Shown: positions 32,088 through 42,520, counted from the first letter of the stretch. The stretch: 64,000 nt of DNA from Gammaproteobacteria bacterium (GCA_965221695.1 OZ244905.1:1568001-1632000); one strand, 5' to 3'. Notes: generated from the letters alone by a model not told the origin. Translations and numbers: made by a program.

Positions 32088-35084
32088 TCAATTCCTCTTG
32101 AAAATCCCTTTCAAACCTTCCTTCAAACCCTCTTTCAGCAACTCCTGCAACGGATCGATTTCGGCGTCTTCTTCCGGTTCCTGCCCGTTCTCCGGTTCTT
32201 CAGAATCGCTTGCGCCGGGAAGCTTCAGGTCCAGCACATTGAGGACCCGATCCACGAGTAAGCCCCTGAGAATATCCTCCCAGGCCAGTCTTATTTTCGG
32301 ATCGCCCAAAGCGCCTTCGATAATTAACGGCAACGCCAGGCCTTCCAGTTCGGCCAGTTCCCTGCCGCCCGCGCCTTTTGCGCTATTGACCACTGTCGCA
32401 ATGGCTCGGTAATCGATACTATCGTCATGCAGGTTTGCCAACACGCCGCTGCCTTGCAGACGAAACGCCGGCGCCTTCAGCGCCAGGTCGTCCATGCGGA
32501 CAATACCGTTTGTTGCTACGGGATTGCCGGAAAATTCAGCAAAATCAGTTGCCGCGCGCGCCTCCACATCTATAACCTGGCCTTTTTTGAACTGCTTCCA
32601 TTGGCGTAATGCCCGGCCCAGGTTGAAACCGGTAACCGCGCCCTCAGTAAATTTCATGCTCATCTGTCCATTAAGACTGCGTTTCATAGCCTCGACGCTG
32701 TTACCCTCAGCGGTCAGCGCCGCAGTGAAATCCCCTTTGCCGCGCAATCGCGCCGCGCCGGTCATGTCCGCGAGCAGAGGTTCAGCCTGGATGCCCTGCA
32801 GGTTTGAATTGAACGTGAACACGGGAGGTTCGACGCCGGCATCCAGCCTGACATCGGCAGATAGCCGACCTTCATACAGGGATGTGGTCACCGGGTCTGC
32901 CTGCAACACGCCGTCCCTGGTCTCCAAGCGCATCCTGAAATCAGCCAGGCGCGCCCCGGCCACTATCAATTGGCCTACACTCAGTTCACCGTCCACATCG
33001 GTAGCGGTCAGGGCGGCAACAGGCAACGCCGTGAGCGCGGTATCCTCGTTCTTGGCTGCTGCCGGACGGGCGATCGTTTCCGAATCTGGCGGCCGGTAAC
33101 GGTCCAGGTCGATTTGATCCAACGCCAGGTCGAACTGCATAACAGACCTGGTCTCAGCTTCGGTAATACTGAATTCACCGTTCAGGCGCGTGTCATCCAG
33201 TTGCAACACCATGTCTTCCAGACTCAGCCCGGTATCCGAGAGGTCGAAGCTGCCGGACCAGGACACCCGGGAAAACACTTCTTCATCTGCAGTAGCAGGA
33301 AGTTTCTGGCCCACGCGCTGCGCCAACTGCCGCAGGTTGAACGGCGCAGCCTGCAGCCGGCCGGCGGCAGTCGGTTTATCGAAAATACCGGTGAACTCCA
33401 CCTGGCCACTGGTCTCCAATCCCAGCCCCAGCAGGCTAAGGTCGTCCAACGACAGCGTCTCCTTTTCCAAGTCGATCCGGGTGTTCGCATTCAGCGTCAT
33501 GGCTGTCTCTGTTCCCGGGATATCTGCGCCGGCGAACATGGCCTTAACGGTCATGGGCTCCAAGGAAATGGCCGACCTTTTCCCCTGCGCCCGGGTATCG
33601 ATCTCCACCGATTGCAGCGTCTCGGCCAGGCCAGGCTGACCCAGCGCGTTGAGCAAGCCTGCCAGACGATTGCCCTTGACGTTCAAGTTGCCTTCCAGCG
33701 TCCCTTTCCTGGCGCCCATATCCCTGGCTTCCAGCGCGCCTGTCGCGCTGATGCCCAAGGCTTGCAGCGACAGGACCGGCACGGACATGTCCCCACTTTT
33801 CAGGTCCGCATCAAAAACGGTATTGACATGGAATGACTTGGTTGAGACGCTGGCAAGTTTTCTGCCGTAGGTGGCCAGCGCCGTATCCTGGCCGCCTTGC
33901 AGTTGGCCGAATACCTGCAACAGCGTGGGCAGGTCGGATCCGGTTGCGTTCAGTTCGCCCTGGTAACCGGCGGAGTCGGAATGAATGTCACGCGCTTTCA
34001 CAGCGCCGCTGATATCTGCGCCCGGCATGTTCGCGGACAGTTCCGACAGGTCAATATCTCCCCGCTCCAGGTCCGCATCAACCGAGGCGCTGATGCGGAA
34101 GCTGCGTTGTTCCATCCGGGCCAGTTGCGAAGCCAGCGGTTCCACTTCAAGGGCCTTGAATAACAGGCCCAGGTCCTGGCCGCGCGCGTCCAGTGTTGCG
34201 GCAATAACAGGCGCCGGCGCATCAATATCCTTAAGACTGATGTCGCCGGTAACCGTGGCATCCAGCATATTAAGGGTTAAACCGGACAGCGCTGCGGTTC
34301 CCTCGTCAAGATCAACGTCAACCAGCGCGGACAATGCCGCCGAGGTCGCCCCGCCGGGGATCTGTTTGCTCCTGAGCGTTGCGTCAGCGTTAAGTGGCGC
34401 CAGCGTAAATTGCCGCCCGTCCGTGGCATAGTTAATGGCGCTGGTCAGGGCAACCGTGGCGTCCAGCGCCGGCTTCTCACTAGCGCCATGAAAGCTCAAG
34501 CTGATGGCAACGGGTTCGCCGTACACCAGTTCTTCAATGGATGCGTCAATGTTAGAGAACTCGTAGCGCACTGATGCCTGGCGGTCGTCCAGGGTTACCC
34601 TGGCATCCTCGATAGCAACGCCGCCGAGGGCCAGCGCAGCCAGGGACAGTAACGGCTCGTCGTCCTTTTCAGCCGTGCCGTCGAACCTGTCCCAGTTGGC
34701 ATCGCCTTGTTCATTGCGAACCAGGTTGAGGACCGCTCCTTGCACGACAACCGTATCCACTTCGTATGCTTCCCGCAACAGGGGGAGTGTTTTGACCCGT
34801 AGCTTGAGATAATCCAGGGACGCGAACGGGCCGGCGCCAAACGCTTCGGTGTCGGCGATGGCGACATCGGTGGCTTCCACGCCCAGCCAGGGATAGAAGG
34901 TGTAGGCAATGGCGCCGTTCAGGGAGAGTTCACGACCTGTTTGCTTATAAAACCTGGCCTCAATCCAGCCCTTGTGCTCATTCGGATCAATGGTCGATAT
35001 GTAGACCAGAACAGCAACCAGCGCCACCAAGCCAAGGCCGGCCAGCCAGCACAACAATTTGACCAGTTTTTTCAGCATACCCAT
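32088..35084 (-). CDS. asmA: AsmA family protein (unusually long, about 1000 aa)
   Basis: N-terminal TM, DPNEHK...TGRELSL...PWLG, LDQIDLDRY, LYEG; asmA-mutY-yggX synteny. Confidence 0.85.
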   Translation of the reverse strand: MGMLKKLVKLLCWLAGLGLVALVAVLVYISTIDPNEHKGWIEARFYKQTGRELSLNGAIAYTFYPWLGVEATDVAIADTEAFGAGPFASLDYLKLRVKTLPLLREAYEVDTVVVQGAVLNLVRNEQGDANWDRFDGTAEKDDEPLLSLAALALGGVAIEDARVTLDDRQASVRYEFSNIDASIEELVYGEPVAISLSFHGASEKPALDATVALTSAINYATDGRQFTLAPLNADATLRSKQIPGGATSAALSALVDVDLDEGTAALSGLTLNMLDATVTGDISLKDIDAPAPVIAATLDARGQDLGLLFKALEVEPLASQLARMEQRSFRISASVDADLERGDIDLSELSANMPGADISGAVKARDIHSDSAGYQGELNATGSDLPTLLQVFGQLQGGQDTALATYGRKLASVSTKSFHVNTVFDADLKSGDMSVPVLSLQALGISATGALEARDMGARKGTLEGNLNVKGNRLAGLLNALGQPGLAETLQSVEIDTRAQGKRSAISLEPMTVKAMFAGADIPGTETAMTLNANTRIDLEKETLSLDDLSLLGLGLETSGQVEFTGIFDKPTAAGRLQAAPFNLRQLAQRVGQKLPATADEEVFSRVSWSGSFDLSDTGLSLEDMVLQLDDTRLNGEFSITEAETRSVMQFDLALDQIDLDRYRPPDSETIARPAAAKNEDTALTALPVAALTATDVDGELSVGQLIVAGARLADFRMRLETRDGVLQADPVTTSLYEGRLSADVRLDAGVEPPVFTFNSNLQGIQAEPLLADMTGAARLRGKGDFTAALTAEGNSVEAMKRSLNGQMSMKFTEGAVTGFNLGRALRQWKQFKKGQVIDVEARAATDFAEFSGNPVATNGIVRMDDLALKAPAFRLQGSGVLANLHDDSIDYRAIATVVNSAKGAGGRELAELEGLALPLIIEGALGDPKIRLAWEDILRGLLVDRVLNVLDLKLPGASDSEEPENGQEPEEDAEIDPLQELLKEGLKEGLKGIFKRN

Positions 35085-35207
35085 GAATGGTAACGCGAAC
35101 ACATTGTATTAAATTGTATTGTCATGATTTGCTGTGTAACTATTACTAACTGACCTGTGCCAACAGTAACATGCCATCGAGGTGTTTAGCGCTCTGGTCA
35201 TGAGAGT

Positions 35208-36629
35208 TTAACCTGCGAGTTCCAACACGATGTCTATACTCTCAAGGTGGCGACGCGCGCCGGCAATTGCCGCGCGTACCCTGGCAGGGGCAGTCCCACC
35301 CGTATGATCCCGGGCGGCGATGGCGCCTTGCAACGTCAGGCAACGGTATACGTCTTCCTGAATCCCCTCGTGGAATTGCTGTAACTCCGCCAGTTCCAGT
35401 TGTTCCAGCTCGCGGCCTTGTTGAATGGCATACTGTACGACCTTACCGACAATGGCATGAGCGTCCCGGAATGCCACGCCCTGCATGACCAGGTAATCCG
35501 CCAGGTCGGTGGCCGTCAGGTAGCCTTTCTGCGATGCTGTGAACATATTGTCCCGTTTTACCTGTATGGAGGGAAGCAGCTTCAGGTACGCCTCAAGACA
35601 CTGCTTCAGCGTGTCTACTGCGTCGAACAAGCGCTCCTTGTCCTCCTGGTTGTCGCGATTGTAAGCCAGCGGCTGGCCCTTCATCAAGGTCAGCATGGCC
35701 ATCAGGTCGCCATAAACCCGGCCGGTTTTGCCGCGCACCAACTCCGCCACATCCGGGTTTTTCTTCTGTGGCATGATCGATGAGCCGGTGCAGAACGCAT
35801 CGTCTATATCGATGAAGTCGAAAGCCGGCGACATCCACAGTACCAGTTCCTCGGAAAACCGGGACAAGTGCAACATGACCAGCGCCGCGTTGGCGCAGAA
35901 CTCGACGGCAAAGTCGCGGTCGCTGACTGCATCCAGCGAATTTCCCGCTAGCGCGTCAAATTCCAGCAACTTGGCAGTCACAGATCTATCGATGGGAAAG
36001 CTCGTTCCGGCCAGCGCCGCCGCGCCCAGGGGCAACACGTTAATCCGGGCCAGGCAATCCTGCAAACGTTGGCGGTCGCGCTCCACCATTTCATACCAGG
36101 CGAGCATATGGTGGCCGAACGTAACGGGTTGCGCTCCCTGCAGGTGGGTGTAACCTGGCATGATGGTCTCGGCTTCCTGTTCCGCCAGTGTCACCAGCGC
36201 CTGCATGTTCTGCACGAGCAACGAGTTAATGGCAGCCACCTCGGCGCGCAAGTACAGGCGCAGGTCGGTCGCGACCTGGTCGTTACGGGAACGGCCGGTA
36301 TGCATTTTTTTACCGACTTCGCCGACCCGCTCCACCAGCGCCGCTTCGATATTCATGTGCACATCTTCCAGTTCCCGTTTCCAGGCGAACTCGCCCGCCA
36401 CAATCTCGGCGAGGATGGCGTTCAGTCCGCTACAGATATGCGCGGCGTCATCTTCTGTCAATACGCCAACGCGCGCCAGCATCTCCACATGGGCGATCGA
36501 ACCCTGGATATCATACGGGGCCAAACGCCGGTCGAAAGACACGGATTCGGTGAACTGTTCCACGAATTGATCCGTGGACTCGGTAAAGCGACCGCCCCAG
36601 GGTTTGACTGTGTCTTTTTTGGCTGCCAT
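35208..36629 (-). CDS. argH: Argininosuccinate lyase
   Basis: [30 protein letters not shown]. Confidence 0.97.
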   Translation of the reverse strand: MAAKKDTVKPWGGRFTESTDQFVEQFTESVSFDRRLAPYDIQGSIAHVEMLARVGVLTEDDAAHICSGLNAILAEIVAGEFAWKRELEDVHMNIEAALVERVGEVGKKMHTGRSRNDQVATDLRLYLRAEVAAINSLLVQNMQALVTLAEQEAETIMPGYTHLQGAQPVTFGHHMLAWYEMVERDRQRLQDCLARINVLPLGAAALAGTSFPIDRSVTAKLLEFDALAGNSLDAVSDRDFAVEFCANAALVMLHLSRFSEELVLWMSPAFDFIDIDDAFCTGSSIMPQKKNPDVAELVRGKTGRVYGDLMAMLTLMKGQPLAYNRDNQEDKERLFDAVDTLKQCLEAYLKLLPSIQVKRDNMFTASQKGYLTATDLADYLVMQGVAFRDAHAIVGKVVQYAIQQGRELEQLELAELQQFHEGIQEDVYRCLTLQGAIAARDHTGGTAPARVRAAIAGARRHLESIDIVLELAG

Positions 36630-36790
36630 CGGCTGGAATAAGATTATTTTTTACTGGTGACAGTATAACGCAGGCACGCCAAAAGGCGCGAAATCAGAGT
36701 AAAATATGTGTTTTTCCGCGCTAAATTGATCAATTTACTCTAATCCTGATCTCTCACCATGCCGCATGGGCTGAGAAATCCGGGCTAACC

Positions 36791-37786
36791 TCATATCTCC
36801 CAGGTATCCTCAGCCGCGTTGTAGAGATAACAGGTTGTTAACTTCCCCGCCTCCACGGCGCAAACCTCCGACAGACGTCTGACTCCAGCGCCATCCAGGT
36901 AGTCCATGTGCAGGACCATATGCAGGTTGTGCAGGTACTCGGCCTCGATTGTCTTGAACGGCAGGGTCGAGCGGCCCATGGTCAGGCTGACCAGACGCGT
37001 CAGCGCCGCCCTCGCGTTATTGGCATGCAACGTGGTACAGACGCCGCGATGGCCCGTGTTCAGCGCCTGAAAAAACACTTCGGCAGCGTCCGGTTCCCTG
37101 ATCTCGCCAACGATGATACGGTCCGGTCTCTGGCGCAGGGAAGCCGCCAGCAGGGTTGCCAGGGTAAGCGCCGGCGTATCCTCTGAATCATGTTGTTGCG
37201 CCTCCATTTGTATCACGTTAGGAGCATTGAGGCTGATCTCAGCCACATCCTCACAGACCACGATCCGCTCGCCTCGCGGAATTGCATGGGACAGCGCATT
37301 GAGCAACGTGGTCTTGCCGCTGTTGGTGGCGCCGGAAACAAGCAGGTTGTCGCCGCGTTCCACGGCAGCCAGTAACAGTTCCTTGATGGCGGCGTTGATG
37401 GTATGGCTTGCTTCCAGGCGCTCCAGGTCCAGGTCACGCCGCCGGTGCAGGCGAATCGACAAGGTACAACCGGAAGGCGTCGCGGTGGGCAATGTCGCGC
37501 AGACCCGGCTGCCATCCGGCAGTCGGGCATTGATGATCGGCGTCTTCACCGGATCGAAAAACTGCGTCAGCGCGTTCGCGATCTGCTCGATCAATGTGGC
37601 GACTGAGACATCATCCGGAAAAGCCAGGTCAGTCCGGTACATGCCCCGCTCCATGTCATCCGCCCAGATATCATCGTAGCGGTTGACCATGATATTCGTC
37701 ACCCGGTCATCATCCAACAGGGACTGGATAGGGGAAAGGTAGAACCTGACCAACTCCCAGTCGGCGCTGGTCAATGCGGCAAGCAT
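36791..37786 (-). CDS. VirB11/CpaF-family secretion ATPase
   Basis: ARLPDGSRV, Walker A GATNSGKTT, LRQRPDRIIVGEIR, NTGHRG..TTLHA. Confidence 0.9.
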   Translation of the reverse strand: MLAALTSADWELVRFYLSPIQSLLDDDRVTNIMVNRYDDIWADDMERGMYRTDLAFPDDVSVATLIEQIANALTQFFDPVKTPIINARLPDGSRVCATLPTATPSGCTLSIRLHRRRDLDLERLEASHTINAAIKELLLAAVERGDNLLVSGATNSGKTTLLNALSHAIPRGERIVVCEDVAEISLNAPNVIQMEAQQHDSEDTPALTLATLLAASLRQRPDRIIVGEIREPDAAEVFFQALNTGHRGVCTTLHANNARAALTRLVSLTMGRSTLPFKTIEAEYLHNLHMVLHMDYLDGAGVRRLSEVCAVEAGKLTTCYLYNAAEDTWEI

Positions 37787-37935
37787 AATGATCCTTGATT
37801 CATTTCCGTAACGTTTCCTGACAATTTCCGCGTTATGGTCTACGGGAAGGGTCGTTTCAGTGATTGTAACTCATGAAACCCTTCCAGCGAAATCAAAAAA
37901 TCAAAAGAATGCAGGGGAACCATTTGTTTAATTGT

Positions 37936-37955
37936 ATTCCCGCTTTTGCGGGAAT
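37936..37955. repeat. REP-like palindrome ATTCCC-N8-GGGAAT
   Basis: ATTCCCGC-TTTT-GCGGGAAT; related copies at 40297-40326 and 42491-42520. Confidence 0.6.
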
Positions 37956-38116
37956 GGGATGGGGAACTGGTTGGTTCACGGCACATTAACAGCAGCAAAT
38001 TGACAGGATGACCAGTGGATTTACTTCTGCTAGAATCCTGGCATTGAGGAAATAACTGGAGGAAGCCGGCGGGCGGAATGCCGGCTTGCAGGAATTTGGA
38101 TAATCTACTTACCCGC

Positions 38117-39751
38117 ATGGCAAGCTGGAGCGACCCCTGGTTCTGGGTGTGCGTCGCCGCGGTCATCTATATCAATGCTGTCGTCGGTTTTTTCCCCCTG
38201 TCTTCGGTGCGGGAGTTAACGCCCGTAGAGCGCCTGCTTATGCACATCCGGCGGGTATTATTGCTGTTGTTTCTGCTGTTGTTACCGGGTTTTCCTCTGT
38301 GCCTGTGGTTTCTGGCAGCGAATGTTACCGGCGACATCGTGGCTGCCAACAATATTGTTCATATTGTTGTCATCAGCCAGGCTGACAGGATGTGGGGGTT
38401 GCTGGCCAGTTTGCTGCTTGCGGGTCTGTTGAGCAGAATCATCTTCCTGCGCTACCTGTACCCGCGCTTTTCGTCGTGGTTCATTTTCAGGCGGGTCTCC
38501 CAACGCGGCGACCAGGTTTCCGATATTCGCACCGAGGTCGGCCGATTCCGGAATAAACCGTTCCGGCCCGAAAAGTATTACCGGGCCGGAATGATATTTA
38601 TCGGGCTGCGTGAGGACAAGACACCCATGCACATCCCTGTGCGGGAGTGGAAGACCTGGAACCAGCGCATGGTTGGCGCTACCCAGACCGGCAAAGGCGT
38701 CCTGTTCGGGGTGCAACTTGACCAGTCCGTGCGCCAGGGCTTTTGCACGGTATTTTTTGACCTCAAGCCGGACGAGCACGCGCTGGGCATCCTGCGCAAA
38801 GCCTGCGAGCAAGCCGGCAGGCGCCTGGTAACCGTGGATTTCAATGGCGAACTGCCGGGGAAGTGGTCGCCGTTCAGGACCGGCACCGAGCGGGAGATAA
38901 AAACCCGGCTGATGCAAGCCTACAACCTGGTTGAACGGGGCGACACTGCGGATTTCTACAAGATCGGTGAGCGGGAATTCCTGGAATCAATCTTTCACAA
39001 GTGGAGTAAGGAACTGATCGACCTGCCGAAGCTGCTCAGAAGCGCGGCCAAACCCCCGCCTACCATCACCAACCTGACCCGGGAGATGCTGGCGTTATCC
39101 GCGCTGAAACCCGGACGCGGCAAGGGAGTGGATATCGAACGTGTATTACGCGAGAACGCGGCGCTTTACGTGCGTTCATCAGCAACCGACCCGGTGGTGA
39201 AACGCGCCACCCAGGTATTCCTGTTATGCCTGTTGCAGGCGGCGACGCGCATGTACCGGCGCCGCGAACGTTCAAGCCACCTGTTTATTGGCGTGGACGA
39301 GGTCAAGTTTCTCGCCACCGACATCCTCGGAGACATGCTGGCGACCATCACCGGATTTGATTGCCACCTGGCCATCGCCTACCAGAGCCTGGGAGACCTG
39401 AAATCCGTGAACCCGCGCCTGGTCAATGTGGAAGCGCTGGAGTTCAGCGTCGAGAATAACTGCAAGATGTCCCTGTACTACCAGCCCAATGACTTTGAAA
39501 CCGCCGACTACGCGGCCCGGCAAAGCGGCACAAAACAGGCCAGCCGTTACCGCATGAACGTGGACATCAACAAGGCCGGCGGCGAAACCTACGCCGACAG
39601 AAACCTGATTACCCAGGAAGATGTTTACTACATACACCCCAACACGCTGATGATGCTCCCCTCCCGGGTAGCCATGGCAAAGATGCCGGGCCGGCTGGCG
39701 GAGCTCGTTCACACCTACTGGGTGGCCGTTGAACCTGCCTACCTCGATTAA
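38117..39751 (+). CDS. Type IV coupling protein (TraD/VirD4 superfamily, MobB-like)
   Basis: N-terminal TMs; SDIR...IFIGL...IP..W; Walker A GATQTGKG; Walker B IGVDEVKF; AYQSLGDL; TADYAARQSGT. Confidence 0.82.
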   Translation: MASWSDPWFWVCVAAVIYINAVVGFFPLSSVRELTPVERLLMHIRRVLLLLFLLLLPGFPLCLWFLAANVTGDIVAANNIVHIVVISQADRMWGLLASLLLAGLLSRIIFLRYLYPRFSSWFIFRRVSQRGDQVSDIRTEVGRFRNKPFRPEKYYRAGMIFIGLREDKTPMHIPVREWKTWNQRMVGATQTGKGVLFGVQLDQSVRQGFCTVFFDLKPDEHALGILRKACEQAGRRLVTVDFNGELPGKWSPFRTGTEREIKTRLMQAYNLVERGDTADFYKIGEREFLESIFHKWSKELIDLPKLLRSAAKPPPTITNLTREMLALSALKPGRGKGVDIERVLRENAALYVRSSATDPVVKRATQVFLLCLLQAATRMYRRRERSSHLFIGVDEVKFLATDILGDMLATITGFDCHLAIAYQSLGDLKSVNPRLVNVEALEFSVENNCKMSLYYQPNDFETADYAARQSGTKQASRYRMNVDINKAGGETYADRNLITQEDVYYIHPNTLMMLPSRVAMAKMPGRLAELVHTYWVAVEPAYLD

Positions 39752-39850
39752 AAAAATTGTACGCCCCTATTGCTTGGTACGGTTGCCAGAGGCCAAAGCA
39801 CTCCCCAGTACCACTCCCTCCTCCGCTCAACACCTATAGGGGAACAGGTT

Positions 39851-40162
39851 TCACGGGATGGGCACATCTTCCCGCTTGCGCGGCGCGCCTTTTGCCACCG
39901 TCCTTGCCAGTTCCGGCGAAGCCGTTGGGCATTTATTCAAGAACCTAAGCCGCGCCGCAAATGTCGCCGGCCAGGTAAATTTTTTGATCGCGAAATAGTG
40001 GGACAGCGCCGGGTTGCATGCGGCCGGGCGCGCCGGGGACGACAAGCACAACAGAGCTTCGCAGGACAGGCGGGTGACGCCCGTCAACAGTTCGGCGCTT
40101 GAAGCCGACTGTCCGTGGGCAAGGGTCAACAGCAATAACAGCTTAAAACAGATCCGTTTCAT
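39851..40162 (-). CDS. TrbM/KikA-family periplasmic conjugation accessory protein
   Basis: Signal peptide; LTGVTRLSCEALLCLSS...CNPALSHYFAI...RLRFLNKCP. Confidence 0.85.
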   Translation of the reverse strand: MKRICFKLLLLLTLAHGQSASSAELLTGVTRLSCEALLCLSSPARPAACNPALSHYFAIKKFTWPATFAARLRFLNKCPTASPELARTVAKGAPRKREDVPIP

Positions 40163-40296
40163 TTCCGGTTCTCCTACAAGTCAGACTCCCACTATACAGG
40201 GATGAATCGCTCCTGATAAGTCCTTACAGCTTAAAACCCTTATGATCAGTACGCGCACAAACATGTAGCTATTGGCACAGGCCGGGGCATTCCCCC

Positions 40297-40326
40297 GTAC
40301 CACTCCCGCGGAAGCGGGAGTCCAGT
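40297..40326 (+). repeat. REP-like element
   Basis: GTACCACTCCCGCGGAAGCGGGAGTCCAGT, near-identical to the reverse complement of 42491-42520. Confidence 0.7.
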
Positions 40327-40363
40327 CGATTACTATGTCGCCCGCAGGGCGACCCATTCACAT

Positions 40364-40392
40364 AAAAAAAGGCGATCCAAGGATCGCCTTTT
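40364..40392 (-). terminator. Rho-independent terminator
   Basis: AAAAGGCGATCC/GGATCGCCTTTT inverted repeat with a T7 tract on the minus strand, directly after gene 40400-40771. Confidence 0.8.
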
Positions 40393-40399
40393 CCGCCGG

Positions 40400-40771
40400 T
40401 CAGCTCCAACCTGCTGCAAGCGCGAAGGGCATGTCGCGTTGCTGTTGGACGCTGCGAAGGTGACGCACCGGTTCCAAAAATGCCAGGCAGACTGTTATTT
40501 TCTCAAAACTGTCGAAATTATTGACCGCTTCGTGGTAGTCAATAACGACAGAAGAGTAATAACCTTCTTCGACATCCTCGATACGGATCTCGGCAACGTA
40601 GAAGGAAGCGCCAAAGCCTGTGACCTCGAAGGTCAGGCCCCGGTACTTGTCGTTAACCAGGTCGCCACGGTTGACTTCGCCGTCCCTGACTATCGTATAC
40701 CAGCCATCTTCATTTTTCTCTGCTCTGGGAGCAGAGTTAATACCAGCAATGAGTTGATAATCTACGCTCAT
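40400..40771 (-). CDS. Hypothetical protein, probably mobile-element derived
   Basis: GAGG RBS before ATG 40771, own terminator, protein-like composition. Confidence 0.65.
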   Translation of the reverse strand: MSVDYQLIAGINSAPRAEKNEDGWYTIVRDGEVNRGDLVNDKYRGLTFEVTGFGASFYVAEIRIEDVEEGYYSSVVIDYHEAVNNFDSFEKITVCLAFLEPVRHLRSVQQQRDMPFALAAGWS

Positions 40772-40917
40772 GATCGCTACCTCAAGAGTGGGTTTCAAGG
40801 GTAGACGACTCGCAATTATCCGGGGGACCCGGATAAATCCGGGTCGCCCGTTTACTCATAAGAAAGTATAGCCGATCAGGCTAGACAGTCCAAGCGTTCC
40901 TGATATATTGTCATGCC

Positions 40918-42408
40918 ATGAAACAGGCACAATTGAAACAATTCGGAGAACTGCCGGGCGCCGCCCGGTTCGATGACCTCGATCACTGGATCATCGCGGT
41001 CAATGACACTGGAACAAAGAAACGCTGGCCGCCGTTTCCCTATCGTGACATCCTGCAAAAGCGCGTTGAGCGGCTGCGGCAGAACGGCGACGACGACCCG
41101 CCACCGCTGTTGACCGATCTGCCTAATGAAGCAGCGGGACGCATCGCCCTGTCCACCATCAAACCCGACCTTTCCGCGTTCGAATTGCTTTCCCTGGCGC
41201 GCAAGCTGGCGCAGGGCCACCGTGACTACCGGGCGCAGGAACTCGGCATCGCGGTCATCGGCTTTTCCGGAAAAAAGGCGGCACAGGTAGCGGAGGCCTT
41301 GCTGGCTGCGGTCCTGGCGGCCGATGCGAACATGCCCGACTTTCGCAAAAAGAGTCAAGACCGTGCCAGGCTCGAATGGGTTCACCTGTACGGCGTGCCT
41401 GAAAAATACGGGTTTGCCCGCACCTTTGCAGAAGACGAAGGCAACGCGCTGGCGCGTTACCTGACCGCCCTGCCCCAGAATGAACTGACCCCGGGGCTGT
41501 ACCGCAAACGCATCGCCGACTTAGCCAAAGAGTCCGGCTGGAAAAGCCAGTTCTTCAGCATTGCCCAACTGAAGAAAAAAAAGGCCGGCGCATTCCTGGC
41601 CGTGGCCCAGGGCAGTCCGCAACAGGACGGTGGCATCCTGCGCCTGCGCTATACGCCCGAAACACCGGAAACCGGCAATATGCTGGCGCTGGTTGGCAAG
41701 GGCATCTGTTTCGATACCGGCGGCGTCAATCTCAAACCGCATAACTTCATGATGGGCATGCACGAAGACATGGAAGGCAGCGCAGTGGCGCTGGGTACGC
41801 TGACGGCCCTGACCCGGCTCAAGGCGCCGTTCCCCGTTGAATGCTGGTTGGCGATCTGCACCAATCACATCGGCCCTGATGCCTACAATCCCGGCGACAT
41901 CGTAACCGCCATTGACGGCGCCACGATAGAGATCGTCCACACCGACGCCGAAGGCAGGATGGTACTGGCAGACACCCTGGCGCTGGCTTCGCGCAACAAA
42001 CCGAAACTGATCATCGATTACGCCACCCTGACGGGCGCCTGTGTCTACGCCATCGGCAAGGCCTACAGCGGTGTCTTTTCCAACAACGCCAACCTTCTAC
42101 CGCTCATGGTCAAAGCGGGAGTAGAGAGTGGCGAACGGGTCTGGCCGTTTCCGATGGACAAAGACTACGATCAGGCGCTGGAGAGCAAGTTTGCGGACAT
42201 CAAGCAATGCAGCAGCGATCCCGGCGTGGACCACATCCTCGGGGCACGTTTCCTGCAACGATTCGTCAAACATGACTGCCCGTGGATACATGTTGACCTC
42301 TCCGCCGGCAACAACAAGGGCGGCCTGGCCCACATACCCACCGATACCACGGGCTTCGGGGTCCGCTTTACGCTGAACCTTTTATTGGACCAGAAAATAA
42401 TCGGATGA
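40918..42408 (+). CDS. M17 leucyl aminopeptidase family
   Basis: LVGKGICFDTGG, DMEGSA, HTDAEGRMVLAD, ATLTGA. Confidence 0.93.
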   Translation: MKQAQLKQFGELPGAARFDDLDHWIIAVNDTGTKKRWPPFPYRDILQKRVERLRQNGDDDPPPLLTDLPNEAAGRIALSTIKPDLSAFELLSLARKLAQGHRDYRAQELGIAVIGFSGKKAAQVAEALLAAVLAADANMPDFRKKSQDRARLEWVHLYGVPEKYGFARTFAEDEGNALARYLTALPQNELTPGLYRKRIADLAKESGWKSQFFSIAQLKKKKAGAFLAVAQGSPQQDGGILRLRYTPETPETGNMLALVGKGICFDTGGVNLKPHNFMMGMHEDMEGSAVALGTLTALTRLKAPFPVECWLAICTNHIGPDAYNPGDIVTAIDGATIEIVHTDAEGRMVLADTLALASRNKPKLIIDYATLTGACVYAIGKAYSGVFSNNANLLPLMVKAGVESGERVWPFPMDKDYDQALESKFADIKQCSSDPGVDHILGARFLQRFVKHDCPWIHVDLSAGNNKGGLAHIPTDTTGFGVRFTLNLLLDQKIIG

Positions 42409-42490
42409 TAGAGACACATAAGGCGCGTTCGTGCCCTGACATGACTTCCCGTTACGAAACCGTTTATGGATATTGAAAACATCATTGCTC

Positions 42491-42520
42491 ACTGGATTCC
42501 CGTTTTCACGGGAATGGTAC
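42491..42520 (-). repeat. REP-like element
   Basis: Minus strand GTACCATTCCCGTGAAAACGGGAATCCAGT. Confidence 0.7.

Noticed and set aside
36760-36795. GCTGAGAAAT resembling a TPP riboswitch core
   Set aside because: Lacks the downstream ACCC/ACCTGAT/GCGTAGGGA elements and is not upstream of a thiamine gene. None was found before thiS either.
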